A DNA stretch of 64,000 bases, from IMG/VR virus record IMGVR_UViG_3300021371_000010, positions 1 to 64,000 of that record; one strand, 5' to 3'. Both the position numbers and the translations under genes were made by a program. The stretch is from an uncultured virus (IMG/VR IMGVR_UViG_3300021371_000010) (taxonomy: Duplodnaviria > Heunggongvirae > Uroviricota > Caudoviricetes). The notes below the pieces were generated by a model. That model was not told the origin of the DNA. It saw nothing but the letters and a program-made list of their open reading frames with translations, and searched no databases. How positions within the stretch are numbered: the stretch's first letter is position 1; the number at the start of each line of letters is the position of its first letter. Positions 38,870 to 48,923 of the stretch are shown here, in pieces.

Positions 38870-40455
38870 TGAAACCTAAAAACGAAGGATACTTAGGGAA
38901 TCCACTGATTAAAAGATCTGGTGTAGAAATACAATACACCAAGGAAGAACTAGAAGAATACATGAAGTGTTCAGAAAATCCTTCTTACTTCATTGAGACA
39001 TATACACAGATCATTTCATTAGATGAGGGTATGGTACCCTTTAAACTTCGTGGTTATCAAGAGAATCTAATAGACTTTTACAATTCTAATCGTTTCAATG
39101 TAGTACTTGCATCACGTCAAAGTGGTAAATCAATAACATCTTGTGCATACTTATTATGGTTTATACTATTTAATCCAGAAGTTACAGTGGCAATTCTTGC
39201 TAACAAAGGTGCAATTGCAAGAGAGATGATTGCTCGTTTAGTTACTATGCTAGAATCAGTGCCGTTCTTCTTACAACCTGGTGTTAAGATTCTTAACAAA
39301 GGGTCAATTGAGTTTGGTAATGATAGTAAAGTTGTTGCCGCGGCAACATCATCAAGTTCGATTCGTGGTATGTCAATCAACTTACTATACCTCGATGAGT
39401 TCGCATTCGTAGACGATGCAGAGACATTCTATACTGCAACATATCCCGTTGTTACATCTGGTAAAGATTCTAAAGTAATCATTACTTCTACTGCAAATGG
39501 TGTGGGTAATATGTTTCATAAGATATACGAAAGTGCTATTCACGAACAGTCAGAGTATAAAGCATTTACTATTAATTGGTATGATGTGCCAGGTAGAGAT
39601 GAAGCATGGAAGAAAGAAACTATTGCAAATACTTCAGAAGCACAGTTCGAACAAGAGTATGGTAACAGTTTCTTAGGAACTGGTAATACACTTATTAATA
39701 GTAATACATTATTGGGCATGAGAGCAGAAGAGGCATTCTGGAATAAAGATAATGTAAATGTATACGAGAGACCTAAAGAAGGTCACACATACGTCTGTAC
39801 AGTAGACGTATCAAAAGGAAGAGGATTAGATTACTCAACGTTTAGTATATTTGATGTAACGACACAACCATTTCAACAAGTGTGTACGTATAGAGACAAT
39901 ACAGTAAGTCCCATGCTATACCCAGATTTACTAAATAAGTATTGTAAACCATATAATGATGCATTAGTTATTATAGAAAACAATGCAGAAGGTGGCATGG
40001 TAGCAACTCAGTTGCATTATGATATAGAATATCCTAATGTCTTTGTTCAAGGCATGACTAAAGCAGATGATATTGGTGTTACGATGAGTAGAAGAATCAA
40101 ACGTATTGGTTGTTCTACTATGAAGGAGTTGCTCGAAGAAAATAGATTAACGTTACGAGATCGAGCAACAATAACGGAATTGATGACCTTTGTAAGTAAA
40201 GGTACATCATTCGAAGCAGATAAAGGTTACCATGATGATATGGTAATGAATTTGGTACTGTTTAGTTGGTTTATTACGACAGATCATTTCACCCATTTAA
40301 CTGATAAGTTAGTAAAGAATCTGTTATATGCAGAGCAACAAAAACTTATAGAAGATGATTTATTACCACCAGGGGTGTTCGGAAATAGTTCAGAACAAGA
40401 ATCCTTTGTAGATAATAGTGGTGATAGATGGTTTTTAAGTGGTGATGAGAATTAA
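38869..40455 (+). CDS. gp17: Terminase large subunit gp17
   Basis: YLGNP, SRQSGKS (Walker A), LYLDEFAF (Walker B), ITSTANG, FEQEY, DVSKGRGLDYS and HDDMVM motifs. Confidence 0.97.
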   Translation: MKPKNEGYLGNPLIKRSGVEIQYTKEELEEYMKCSENPSYFIETYTQIISLDEGMVPFKLRGYQENLIDFYNSNRFNVVLASRQSGKSITSCAYLLWFILFNPEVTVAILANKGAIAREMIARLVTMLESVPFFLQPGVKILNKGSIEFGNDSKVVAAATSSSSIRGMSINLLYLDEFAFVDDAETFYTATYPVVTSGKDSKVIITSTANGVGNMFHKIYESAIHEQSEYKAFTINWYDVPGRDEAWKKETIANTSEAQFEQEYGNSFLGTGNTLINSNTLLGMRAEEAFWNKDNVNVYERPKEGHTYVCTVDVSKGRGLDYSTFSIFDVTTQPFQQVCTYRDNTVSPMLYPDLLNKYCKPYNDALVIIENNAEGGMVATQLHYDIEYPNVFVQGMTKADDIGVTMSRRIKRIGCSTMKELLEENRLTLRDRATITELMTFVSKGTSFEADKGYHDDMVMNLVLFSWFITTDHFTHLTDKLVKNLLYAEQQKLIEDDLLPPGVFGNSSEQESFVDNSGDRWFLSGDEN

Positions 40456-40460
40456 AGGAT

Positions 40461-40468
40461 TATAAATA
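40461..40468 (+). promoter_or_regulatory. Late promoter TATAAATA
   Basis: Exact consensus upstream of gp18. Confidence 0.8.
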
Positions 40469-40504
40469 AACTAGTATCAACTTTTACATTAACAGGAGAA
40501 AAGT

Positions 40505-42487
40505 ATGGCATTTCAAGTATCACCAGGCGTTCAGATCAAAGAGATTGATCTATCGAATGTTGTTCCAGCAGTGTCCTCTACAGTAGGGGCGTTTGCAGGT
40601 GTATTCCAATGGGGTCCTGTTGACGAAGTAAAAACAGTTTCAAGCGGACAACAATTAGTTGATGAGTTCTACAAACCAGCAGACTCAGACTTAGGGACTG
40701 AAGACTTTTATTCAGCAGATTCTTTTTTAAGATATGGTTCTGCTCTTAAAGTAGTTAGAATAAGTAATTCTGCTATGAAAAGTGCAAACTCATCTGGTGC
40801 TTCATCGGCACTTCTTAAAAACGAAACGGATTACGAGTCTACCTACGAGAGTGGTGGACAAAACGGAACAGTGGGAAGATGGATATCAAAATATGCAGGA
40901 GTCTTAGGTAATTCACTTCAAGTTTCTGTATGTGCATCTAACAACGCATATTTCAACAGTGGTGCATCAGCAATCAATAACGCAGACGGTTATGATGTTG
41001 GCGCAACTACAGTCACGGTTGATGCAGGGGCAAATTTCGTCGTAGGCGATATCATTAAGTTTGCTCATGCTCAAAAATATAAAATAACAGACATCGCCTC
41101 TAACGCACTTACCATTCAAGCAATTGGTGAATCCGCTGGAACCGGGTTACTTACAGCAGTTGCAGATGACGAGTCAGTCGACAGATGGTGGGAACATTAC
41201 GCATTATTCGATAAAGCACCAGGAACTTCAGCACATGCTGAAAAACTAGGAGCATCAAACGACGAACTACACGTAGTTGTAGTAGACGAAGATGGTGCTT
41301 TCTCAGGAAGCAAAGGTACAGTATTAGAAACACACGGTTTCTTATCACTCGGTTCAGATGCTAAAGACGAACAAGGCGAATCAAATTATTACAGAGACGT
41401 AATCGCAAGACAATCTGGTTACGTATACTGGACAGGTCACTCAACATTATTGATGGGTACAGGTAATGAAGCACAGCATAGAACACTGTCAACAGCAGTA
41501 AGTACTGCATTCGTACAAGAAGCAGAACCAATCAATGATTCATTATCCGGGGGTGCAGATGCAACAGCACCAACAACAGTAGAAAAAATTAGTGCATGGG
41601 ATGCCTTCTTTGCAGATGCAGAGACACAAGACTTTTCATTCTTAGTCATAGGTTCTACTAGATCAAATAATGGTGACACAGTTTCAGATCATAACACATT
41701 AGTAAACAGTGCAGTTTCATTAGCAGAATTAAGAAAAGACTGCTTAGTAATCGCATCACCAAGAAAAACATCTATTGTAAATGTTTCATCCGAAGCAAGT
41801 CAGTTGGCGAATGTCGAAGCAGACTTCACTAACGTAACTTCAAGTTCATATCTAGTGATTGATTCAGGTTGGGTATATCAGTATGATAGATTCAACGACA
41901 AATATGTATGGGTCCCAGGTAACGGGCATACAGCAGGAATCATGGCAAGATCAGACTTACTACAAGATCCTTGGTATTCACCAGCAGGATTCAGTAGAGG
42001 TCAATATTTAGGAATCACTAAACTTGCTTTCAATCCAAAACAAGCATCGAGAGATGAACTATATAGAAAGAGAATTAATCCAATCGTTACTTTCCCAGGA
42101 CAAGGAACTGTTCTATTCGGAGACAAGACTGGATTAGCATCACCTTCAGCATTTGATAGAATCAATGTTAGAAGATTGTTCATCGTACTAGAGAAAGCAA
42201 TCTCAATTGCCGCTAAAGCACAACTCTTTGAATTCAATGACGCATTCACAAGGGCACAATTTAGATCAGCAGTTGAACCTTTCTTAAGAGATGTAAAAAA
42301 TAGACGTGGTTTAATAGATTTCTCAGTAGTTTGTGACGAATCAAACAACACTGATTCAGTCATTGACAGAAACGAGTTCGTATGTTCGATCTTCGTGAAA
42401 CCTGCTAAATCAATTAACTTTATTACTTTGAACTTTGTAGCATCAAGAAGTGGTGTAGAGTTTGAAGAAATCTACGGAGCAGTATAA
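40505..42487 (+). CDS. gp18: Tail sheath protein gp18
   Basis: SPGVQIKEIDL, PWYSPAG..RG, FDRINVRRLF and KPAKSINFITLNF motifs. Confidence 0.97.
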   Translation: MAFQVSPGVQIKEIDLSNVVPAVSSTVGAFAGVFQWGPVDEVKTVSSGQQLVDEFYKPADSDLGTEDFYSADSFLRYGSALKVVRISNSAMKSANSSGASSALLKNETDYESTYESGGQNGTVGRWISKYAGVLGNSLQVSVCASNNAYFNSGASAINNADGYDVGATTVTVDAGANFVVGDIIKFAHAQKYKITDIASNALTIQAIGESAGTGLLTAVADDESVDRWWEHYALFDKAPGTSAHAEKLGASNDELHVVVVDEDGAFSGSKGTVLETHGFLSLGSDAKDEQGESNYYRDVIARQSGYVYWTGHSTLLMGTGNEAQHRTLSTAVSTAFVQEAEPINDSLSGGADATAPTTVEKISAWDAFFADAETQDFSFLVIGSTRSNNGDTVSDHNTLVNSAVSLAELRKDCLVIASPRKTSIVNVSSEASQLANVEADFTNVTSSSYLVIDSGWVYQYDRFNDKYVWVPGNGHTAGIMARSDLLQDPWYSPAGFSRGQYLGITKLAFNPKQASRDELYRKRINPIVTFPGQGTVLFGDKTGLASPSAFDRINVRRLFIVLEKAISIAAKAQLFEFNDAFTRAQFRSAVEPFLRDVKNRRGLIDFSVVCDESNNTDSVIDRNEFVCSIFVKPAKSINFITLNFVASRSGVEFEEIYGAV

Positions 42488-42498
42488 GGGAGTAAAAC

Positions 42499-42996
42499 AT
42501 GGCAACAATAGATCAGTTTAAAGCACAGTTAATCGGTGGTGGCCCAAGAGCAAACCGATTTAGAGTTTTTATACCAAGATCTGGCAATAAGATTGAGTTC
42601 TTATGTCAGGCCGCACAAATCCCTGCCGCTACAGTAGGTGTTGTTGAGCAAAACTTTAGAGGACACATTCTGAAACTCGCAGGAGACAGAACCTTTGAAC
42701 CTTGGTCAGTAACAATCATTAATGATGTAGAGTTTTCAGCAAGATCGGCACTCGAAGAATGGCAAACAGACATTCAAGAGTTAGATTCTGGTGAAGGTAT
42801 GACATCATTAGATTACTTAGTAGACAGAGCATTTGTCGAACAACTTAACAAAGACGACTCAGTGTTAGCAAGATACGAATTCTTTAACATGTTTCCAACT
42901 AGTATTGGTGCAATTGACTTATCTTATGAGACAGTCGATGCATTGGAGACATTTGATGTTGAATTCCAATACTCACACTGGAACAGAGTCGTTTAA
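42499..42996 (+). CDS. gp19: Tail tube protein gp19
   Basis: GGPRANRF, AGDRTFEPWSVT..ND and FPT.IG.IDL motifs. Confidence 0.95.
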   Translation: MATIDQFKAQLIGGGPRANRFRVFIPRSGNKIEFLCQAAQIPAATVGVVEQNFRGHILKLAGDRTFEPWSVTIINDVEFSARSALEEWQTDIQELDSGEGMTSLDYLVDRAFVEQLNKDDSVLARYEFFNMFPTSIGAIDLSYETVDALETFDVEFQYSHWNRVV

Positions 42997-43004
42997 TAAG
43001 GTGA

Positions 43005-43033
43005 ATATCGCCCTTGATTGGGCGATATAAATA
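43005..43033 (+). promoter_or_regulatory. Hairpin overlapping late promoter TATAAATA (43026-43033)
   Basis: ATATCGCCC-TTGATT-GGGCGATAT inverted repeat whose 3' arm runs into TATAAATA. The ATG is 5 nt later. Confidence 0.7.
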
Positions 43034-43038
43034 TAATT

Positions 43039-44568
43039 ATGGAAATATTTGGGTTTGAAATAACTCGTAGAAAAGACGAGTTAAGAGAAATAGACATCGA
43101 AAAGAAGTCTGCTTCTTCGTTTGTACCACCTCAGATCGATGATGGCACCCCTGTCATTCAGCAATCTCCCGGTGGTTTCATATCAGGAGGGGCATACGGT
43201 TCGTATGTCGACATGGAAGGAAATATCAAGAATGAAGTACAACTCATTCGAAGATATAGAGAAACTTCTTTGGTACCTGAGTGCGATGCGGCCATTGACG
43301 ATATCGTTAATGAATGCGTAGTATCTGATACACAAGATAGAATTGTAGCACTCGACTTGCAAGATGTTGATCTTTCAGAAAGCATCAAAAAGAAGGTGCA
43401 AGGCGAGTTCAAGCACATCTTATCTTTAATGAAGTTCAATCAGAACTCTCATGAACTATTCAGAAAATGGTACGTCGATGGAAGAATCTACTTCCATAAA
43501 GTTGTCGACTCTAAAAACCCTAATAGAGGTATCGTAGATATCAGAAATGTTGACCCTCTTAAAATTAAGAAGGTCAGAAACGTCGAGAAGGAAAAAGATC
43601 CTAAGACGAAGATCGATAAGATCAAAAAAGTTGAAGAGTTTTATGTCTTCAACGATAAAGGATTCGACAGAAGTGGCACTAATGAAGGTGCTACTATTAG
43701 AATCGCACCAGAGGCAGTATGTTATACTACTTCTGGTATGTTAGATTACACTAAGAATATTGTAATCGGGTATTTGCATAAAGCACTGAAGACTTCTAAT
43801 CAGTTAGCAATGATGGAAGATGCACTTGTTATTTACAGAATATCAAGGGCACCTGAAAGAAGAATCTTCTACATTGATGTTGGTAACTTACCAAAAGCAA
43901 AGGCAGAACAATACCTTGCTGAAACAATGAACAAGTATAGAAATAAACTTGTTTACAATTCAGACACAGGTGAGATCAAAGATGATCGAAGACATATGTC
44001 CATGCTTGAAGATTTTTGGTTACCTAGGAGAGAAGGTGGTAGAGGGACAGAAATATCTACTTTACCAGGTGGTCAGAACTTAGCAGATATTGATGATATA
44101 GAATACTTTAAAAAGAAACTATATCGATCACTGAATGTACCCATTAGTAGAATGGAGTCAGACAACGGTTTTAATATGGGCCGTGCTTCAGAGATCAGTA
44201 GAGATGAACTTAAGTTCAACAAATTTACAAAGAGATTGCAAAATAAATTTGCTAGACTCTTTACAGACATACTGAGAACTCAGTTGATACTAAAGAATGT
44301 TGTATCAGGTGATGAGTTCGATGAATTCAAAGATTTCATCAGGTATGATTTCTCTACAGATAATCACTTCTCAGAGTTAAAAGAGCAAGAGATTTTTAGA
44401 GAAAGATTAGATATATTATCACAAGCAGAGAACTATCTCGGTAAGTTCTTCTCAGAAAAATACATTGCTAAAAATGTATTGAGAATGACAGACGATGACA
44501 TTGAAAAGATGGCAAAAGAGATAGAAGATGAAGGTGGTAATGAAGAAGATGGAGACATGGACTTTTAA
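43039..44568 (+). CDS. gp20: Portal protein gp20
   Basis: MEIFGFEI, WYVDGRIY, YRISRAPERRIFYIDVGNLPK and EDFWLPRREGGRGTEI motifs. The start is the ATG at 43039, not the TTG in the ORF track. Confidence 0.97.
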   Translation: MEIFGFEITRRKDELREIDIEKKSASSFVPPQIDDGTPVIQQSPGGFISGGAYGSYVDMEGNIKNEVQLIRRYRETSLVPECDAAIDDIVNECVVSDTQDRIVALDLQDVDLSESIKKKVQGEFKHILSLMKFNQNSHELFRKWYVDGRIYFHKVVDSKNPNRGIVDIRNVDPLKIKKVRNVEKEKDPKTKIDKIKKVEEFYVFNDKGFDRSGTNEGATIRIAPEAVCYTTSGMLDYTKNIVIGYLHKALKTSNQLAMMEDALVIYRISRAPERRIFYIDVGNLPKAKAEQYLAETMNKYRNKLVYNSDTGEIKDDRRHMSMLEDFWLPRREGGRGTEISTLPGGQNLADIDDIEYFKKKLYRSLNVPISRMESDNGFNMGRASEISRDELKFNKFTKRLQNKFARLFTDILRTQLILKNVVSGDEFDEFKDFIRYDFSTDNHFSELKEQEIFRERLDILSQAENYLGKFFSEKYIAKNVLRMTDDDIEKMAKEIEDEGGNEEDGDMDF

Positions 44569-44578
44569 GGAATAAATT

Positions 44579-44764
44579 ATGAACGACATAAGTAGAAAGA
44601 TAGTAGACCAAATCGAAGCAGGTAAAATGCAAGATGCTAAAGACTCTATCAATGACGGTATCAAGGCGAAAGCAGGAGAAGTCGTTGACATGAAGAGAGT
44701 TGAAATGCAAATGGATTGGATGGAAACTTCACATGAAGAAGACGTTTCAACAGATAACGATTGA
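44579..44764 (+). CDS. Small prohead core protein (gp67 position)
   Basis: 61 aa between gp20 and gp21 with an AAGGA RBS. Call rests on synteny. Confidence 0.5.
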   Translation: MNDISRKIVDQIEAGKMQDAKDSINDGIKAKAGEVVDMKRVEMQMDWMETSHEEDVSTDND

Positions 44765-45041
44765 GTTAAACGAGGCGAAGTTTAAACTTCCTTCAGATCA
44801 GAAAGAGGTCAAACGTGAGACTGAGAAAGTCGCAGGTAAAACGATTGATGTAGTATACGCACAATCGTCTAAGAGAAAGATTTACGTGTACATAGATGGT
44901 AACGTAGTGGGCGAACCATTTAGAAATTTAAAAGACGCCCAGAAAGAGATGAAAAATATTAAATTAGTAATGAAGCAAATGGGTGAAGAAAACATCTCTA
45001 AAGAGGAAATTTTAGGAGTTATAAATGAAACTAATATCTGA
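44733..45041 (+). CDS. Small prohead-region protein (gp68 position)
   Basis: MKKTFQQI..EL.EA start, basic. Call rests on synteny. Confidence 0.5.
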   Translation: MKKTFQQITIELNEAKFKLPSDQKEVKRETEKVAGKTIDVVYAQSSKRKIYVYIDGNVVGEPFRNLKDAQKEMKNIKLVMKQMGEENISKEEILGVINETNI

Positions 45042-45678
45042 ATTCAACGACTATAGTATCTCACCCGTTATTATAGAAGAGAACGAAAAAGGGGAAAAAG
45101 ATTACTTCATCGAAGGTATCTTTATGCAATCTGAAATTAAAAACAGAAATGGCAGAGTATACCCTAAAGATGTAATGAGAAAAGAAGTAGATCGTTACAG
45201 AAAAGAGTTTGTTGAGAAGCAAAGAGCATTCGGAGAGTTAGGACATCCTGAAGGACCTACAATTAATTTAGACAAAGTATCTCACTTAATTACAAAACTA
45301 GACGAAGATGGAAATAATTATGTGGGTAGAGCAAAGATTTTAAGTACACCAAATGGTCAGATTGTCAGAAATTTGATTGATGACGGTGCAAAGTTGGGAG
45401 TATCATCTAGAGGACTAGGTTCACTAGAACAAAAAGGTGGTGCCCAATATGTTAAAGGTGACTTTCAGTTGGCAACTGCCGCTGATATTGTCGCAGATCC
45501 TTCTGCACCTGAGGCGTTTGTCGAAGGCATAATGGAGGGAGTAGAGTGGATCTACGAAAATGGTATTCTTAAGTGTACTGAAGTAGAGCAGATGAGAGAT
45601 AAACTTTTATCTACAAAACTAAATAAACTTGAGGAAACTAAATTAAATCTATGGAAAAAGTTCGTTGAGAACTTGTAA
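45025..45678 (+). CDS. gp21: Prohead protease gp21
   Basis: IEGIFMQ...NRNGRVYP, GELGHP, GVSSRGLGS and DIVADPSAP.A motifs. Confidence 0.97.
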   Translation: MKLISEFNDYSISPVIIEENEKGEKDYFIEGIFMQSEIKNRNGRVYPKDVMRKEVDRYRKEFVEKQRAFGELGHPEGPTINLDKVSHLITKLDEDGNNYVGRAKILSTPNGQIVRNLIDDGAKLGVSSRGLGSLEQKGGAQYVKGDFQLATAADIVADPSAPEAFVEGIMEGVEWIYENGILKCTEVEQMRDKLLSTKLNKLEETKLNLWKKFVENL

Positions 45679-45680
45679 CA

Positions 45681-45688
45681 TATAAATA
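45681..45688 (+). promoter_or_regulatory. Late promoter TATAAATA
   Basis: Exact consensus upstream of gp22/gp23. Confidence 0.8.
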
Positions 45689-45718
45689 AAAGAGTTATTA
45701 CTCAAACAGGAGAAAAAA

Positions 45719-47083
45719 ATGGCAGATTTAGAGAAAAACCTAAATGACGCAATAGAGGAAGTAATGTCTGAAGGACAGCAACCTGACTCTAAGGCGGAAA
45801 AAGGTGATCAAAAACCTGTTAAACAAGGTTCATCAGACGCCGAGAAAATCGAAGGCGGGAAAGGTGAAGTCGTCAAACCTGAAGAAAATCCTGTTGACAA
45901 AGCAGTTGATTCAGTTAAAAAAGCAGAGAAGCAGAAAGAAGTTTCTGGTGATCCTCAACAGAAAGGGGAAGCACCTGCTGAGAGTCAACCTAAGTTGAAA
46001 AAAGTTTCAGAAGAAGAAGATTCAGAAGATGAAAAACCTTCTAAAATGAAAATGATCAAGGCAATGGTCAACAAAATGAAGGATCTAGATAAAGAAAAAC
46101 TTCAGGCAATGTACTCTGAGATGTCAGAGGAAAGTGTTGACGAAACCTTGTCAAAGGCAGAGATCGCAAGAGCAATCGTAGAACTCATGAAGAAAAAAGG
46201 TGAGGACGAGGTAGAAGAAGGTTTCAATAAACTTCTTGAATCAGAAAAAGACGAAGACGAAGACGAAGATGAAGATGAGAAAAAAGACGATAAAGAAGTC
46301 AAAGAATCATCTGAAGTTGAATCTTCACTAGTTGAGATTGAAGTAGAAGACGACCTAGAGAAAATCTCAGAAGCACTTGAACTCTCGGAAGAGAATCAAG
46401 AGAAGGCAAAAGTTATCTTCAAGGCCGCAGTATCATCTAAAGTCTCAGAGATCAAAGAGCAACTTGAATCAGAGTATTCAGAGAATTTAAAAACCTCAAC
46501 AGAGAAAGTTAAAGACGACCTAGCGGAAGCAGTCGACAAGTACCTTTCTTACTGTGCAGAAGAGTGGACGAAAGAAAACGAACTTGCAATAGAAAGAGGT
46601 TTGAGATCAGAAATGACTGAAAACTTCATCGAAGGATTAAAAACATTGTTCACAGAACATTATGTTGAAGTTCCAGAAGATAAGTACGACGTTATTGATG
46701 AACTCGCAAATCGTCTTGACGAAATGGAAGACAAACTTGACGTAGAAGTATCTAAGAATATGGAAATCGTTGAGGAAAGAGATTCCTTGTTAAGACAAAA
46801 TGTTGTGAAAGAGGCATGTGCAGACTTGTCTGAGTCACAAATTGAAAAATTGGTTTCACTATCAAATGGTGTAGACTTCAATAGTACTGAAGATTTCGCA
46901 GAGAAAGTTTCAGAACTTAAAGAAGCATACTTTCCTGCTGATAAAGGTGAGACCGTTGCAGAAGAAACAGTAGTTGAAGAAGGAACAGGATCTTTCGAAG
47001 ATGATTCATCATCTGAAAAAGTTGTTGATCCTACTATGAATGCTTATTCTTCAGCATTAAGTAAACTAAAACCATTAGGTTAA
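45719..47083 (+). CDS. gp22: Prohead scaffold protein gp22
   Basis: LSEE...KA..IF.AAV, VDKYLSY..EEW..EN.LAIE.G and F.EHY..VPE.K.DV motifs. Long acidic N-terminal part. Confidence 0.92.
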   Translation: MADLEKNLNDAIEEVMSEGQQPDSKAEKGDQKPVKQGSSDAEKIEGGKGEVVKPEENPVDKAVDSVKKAEKQKEVSGDPQQKGEAPAESQPKLKKVSEEEDSEDEKPSKMKMIKAMVNKMKDLDKEKLQAMYSEMSEESVDETLSKAEIARAIVELMKKKGEDEVEEGFNKLLESEKDEDEDEDEDEKKDDKEVKESSEVESSLVEIEVEDDLEKISEALELSEENQEKAKVIFKAAVSSKVSEIKEQLESEYSENLKTSTEKVKDDLAEAVDKYLSYCAEEWTKENELAIERGLRSEMTENFIEGLKTLFTEHYVEVPEDKYDVIDELANRLDEMEDKLDVEVSKNMEIVEERDSLLRQNVVKEACADLSESQIEKLVSLSNGVDFNSTEDFAEKVSELKEAYFPADKGETVAEETVVEEGTGSFEDDSSSEKVVDPTMNAYSSALSKLKPLG

Positions 47084-47104
47084 TTTTAAAGGAGAAAATG
47101 TAAA

Positions 47105-48415
47105 ATGTTCTTATCAGAAAATTTACAAGAAAAGTGGTCCCCTATACTTGAGCATTCTGATCTTCCAAAGATCGAAGACAACTATAAGAGAGCGGTCACT
47201 GCTGTTATCCTCGAGAACCAAGAGAAAGCACTAGCAGAAGATAGAGCAACTCTTTCCGAGGCAGCACCTTTAAATGCTACAGGTGGTACAGCAATCAACA
47301 ATTGGGATCCTATTTTGATCTCATTAGTTAGACGTGCTATGCCAAATCTCGTTGCTTACGACATTTGCGGTGTTCAACCAATGACAGGTCCAACAGGACT
47401 TATCTTTGCTATGAAGGCAAGGTATCAAGATTATCCTTCAGCAGGACGTGAAGGACAATCAGAAGCATTAGGTATCAAAGAACCTAGAACTGGTTATTCT
47501 GCTTCAGCAGGACCAAACAGTACAGCAGGTGTTGATGCAGACCCAGAAGGAAATCCTTTTGCAGGGTCAAGTGCTTATCAAAACCAAACTTCAGGCGCAA
47601 TGGATACACAAAATGCAGAAGCATTAGGTGATGGAGCATCGAACCACTTTCAAGAGATGTCATTTACTATTGAGAAATCAACTGTAACTGCTAACTCTAG
47701 AGCATTAAAGGCCGAGTATTCACTCGAACTTGCACAAGACTTAAAAGCAATCCACGGTCTTGATGCAGAATCAGAACTAGCAAATATTCTTTCATCAGAA
47801 ATTCTTGCTGAAATCAACCGTGAAGTTGTTAGAGAAGTTAACAACCAAGCAAAAACTGGTGCGGAAGCAACTGCTTCAGCAGGTACTTTCAACCTAGACG
47901 TTGATGCTAACGGTAGATGGTCAGTTGAGAAATTCAAAGGATTATTGTTCCAAATCGAAAGAGAATCTAACAAGATCGCAAAAGAAACAAGAAGAGGTAA
48001 AGGTAACTTTATTCTATGTTCTTCAGACGTTGCATCTGCTCTTTCAATGGCAGGAGTATTAGATTACGCACCTGCTCTTAACACTAACATTAACGTTGAT
48101 GATACTGGCAATACTTTTGCTGGTGTTCTTAACGGTAGAGTTAAAGTATACATCGATCCATATGCTGGATCAGATTACTTGACTGTTGGTTATAGAGGAT
48201 CAAATCCGTATGATGCTGGTATGTTCTACTGTCCATATGTACCTTTACAAATGGTCAGAGCAGTTGGAGAGAATACTTTCCAACCAAAAATCGGATTCAA
48301 GACAAGATACGGAATGGTATCTAACCCATTTGTAGGTGATGCACCTGTAAGTGGTCTTGCACCAGATGGAAACAACCAGTACTACAGAAAGATGTTAGTA
48401 TCTAACATTCTGTAA
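47105..48415 (+). CDS. gp23: Major capsid protein gp23
   Basis: KWSPIL, LVRRAMPNL.AYD.CGVQPM.GPTG, SRALKAEYS.ELAQDLKAIHGLDAE and FQPKIGFKTRYG motifs. Confidence 0.98.
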   Translation: MFLSENLQEKWSPILEHSDLPKIEDNYKRAVTAVILENQEKALAEDRATLSEAAPLNATGGTAINNWDPILISLVRRAMPNLVAYDICGVQPMTGPTGLIFAMKARYQDYPSAGREGQSEALGIKEPRTGYSASAGPNSTAGVDADPEGNPFAGSSAYQNQTSGAMDTQNAEALGDGASNHFQEMSFTIEKSTVTANSRALKAEYSLELAQDLKAIHGLDAESELANILSSEILAEINREVVREVNNQAKTGAEATASAGTFNLDVDANGRWSVEKFKGLLFQIERESNKIAKETRRGKGNFILCSSDVASALSMAGVLDYAPALNTNINVDDTGNTFAGVLNGRVKVYIDPYAGSDYLTVGYRGSNPYDAGMFYCPYVPLQMVRAVGENTFQPKIGFKTRYGMVSNPFVGDAPVSGLAPDGNNQYYRKMLVSNIL

Positions 48416-48432
48416 AAAAGTTTCGAACTTTT

Positions 48433-48461
48433 AAAAAGGTCTCTTCGGAGACCTTTTTTTT
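48433..48461 (+). terminator. Rho-independent terminator with a C(UUCG)G loop
   Basis: AAAAAGGTCTC-TTCG-GAGACCTTTTTTTT, directly after gp23. Confidence 0.92.
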
Positions 48462-48507
48462 GCACTAAATATAATTGTCATTAACACACATACACACAGG
48501 AGGAAAA

Positions 48508-48726
48508 ATGGCAAATCAAGCAAAATCAGGTTACGAAATTCGTGCCGACTTACTATCCCTTGCAGAGGGCGTCTTAATCAACAACATCGAGAATGAGAGG
48601 ACTACCATATATACATGGAATGATAACCATCCCGAGTCGAAGAAAGATATGCCCCTAAGAACTTACTCAGCACAAGATGTCATTGATACTGCAAAGCAGT
48701 TTAATGATTTCGTAAACGAGAAGTAA
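48508..48726 (+). CDS. Hypothetical protein
   Basis: ACTAAATA promoter variant (48464), CA-rich leader and AGGAGG RBS. SGYEIRADLL..A and A..FN.FV motifs. Confidence 0.7.
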   Translation: MANQAKSGYEIRADLLSLAEGVLINNIENERTTIYTWNDNHPESKKDMPLRTYSAQDVIDTAKQFNDFVNEK

Positions 48727-48743
48727 CGCATAAATAGTATTGT

Positions 48744-48768
48744 GGGGTGATATTATTCACCCCCTTTT
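48744..48768 (+). terminator. Stem-loop, probable terminator
   Basis: GGGGTGA-TATTAT-TCACCCC followed by CTTTT. Confidence 0.55.
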
Positions 48769-48779
48769 GAGGAAATATA

Positions 48780-48923
48780 ATGTATACAAGTACACTTAAA
48801 CCAGACCCTAGTAGATTTGTTGAGTCTAGTACACCACAAGATCAGCAAGTACATAAAGGTTGGTATTGGGATTACAAAACAAAAAAGTTTTACAGATGGG
48901 ATAATATACCCAAGGATAAATAA
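48780..48923 (+). CDS. Small protein, 47 aa (not in the ORF track)
   Basis: GAGGA RBS. MYTSTLK...HKGWYWDYKTKKFYRWD...; the stop overlaps the gp3 start (TAATG). Confidence 0.6.
   Translation: MYTSTLKPDPSRFVESSTPQDQQVHKGWYWDYKTKKFYRWDNIPKDK

Noticed and set aside
46248..46290. GACGAA microsatellite as a contingency locus
   Set aside because: It is an in-frame acidic DEDEDE tract, usual in gp22 scaffold proteins.
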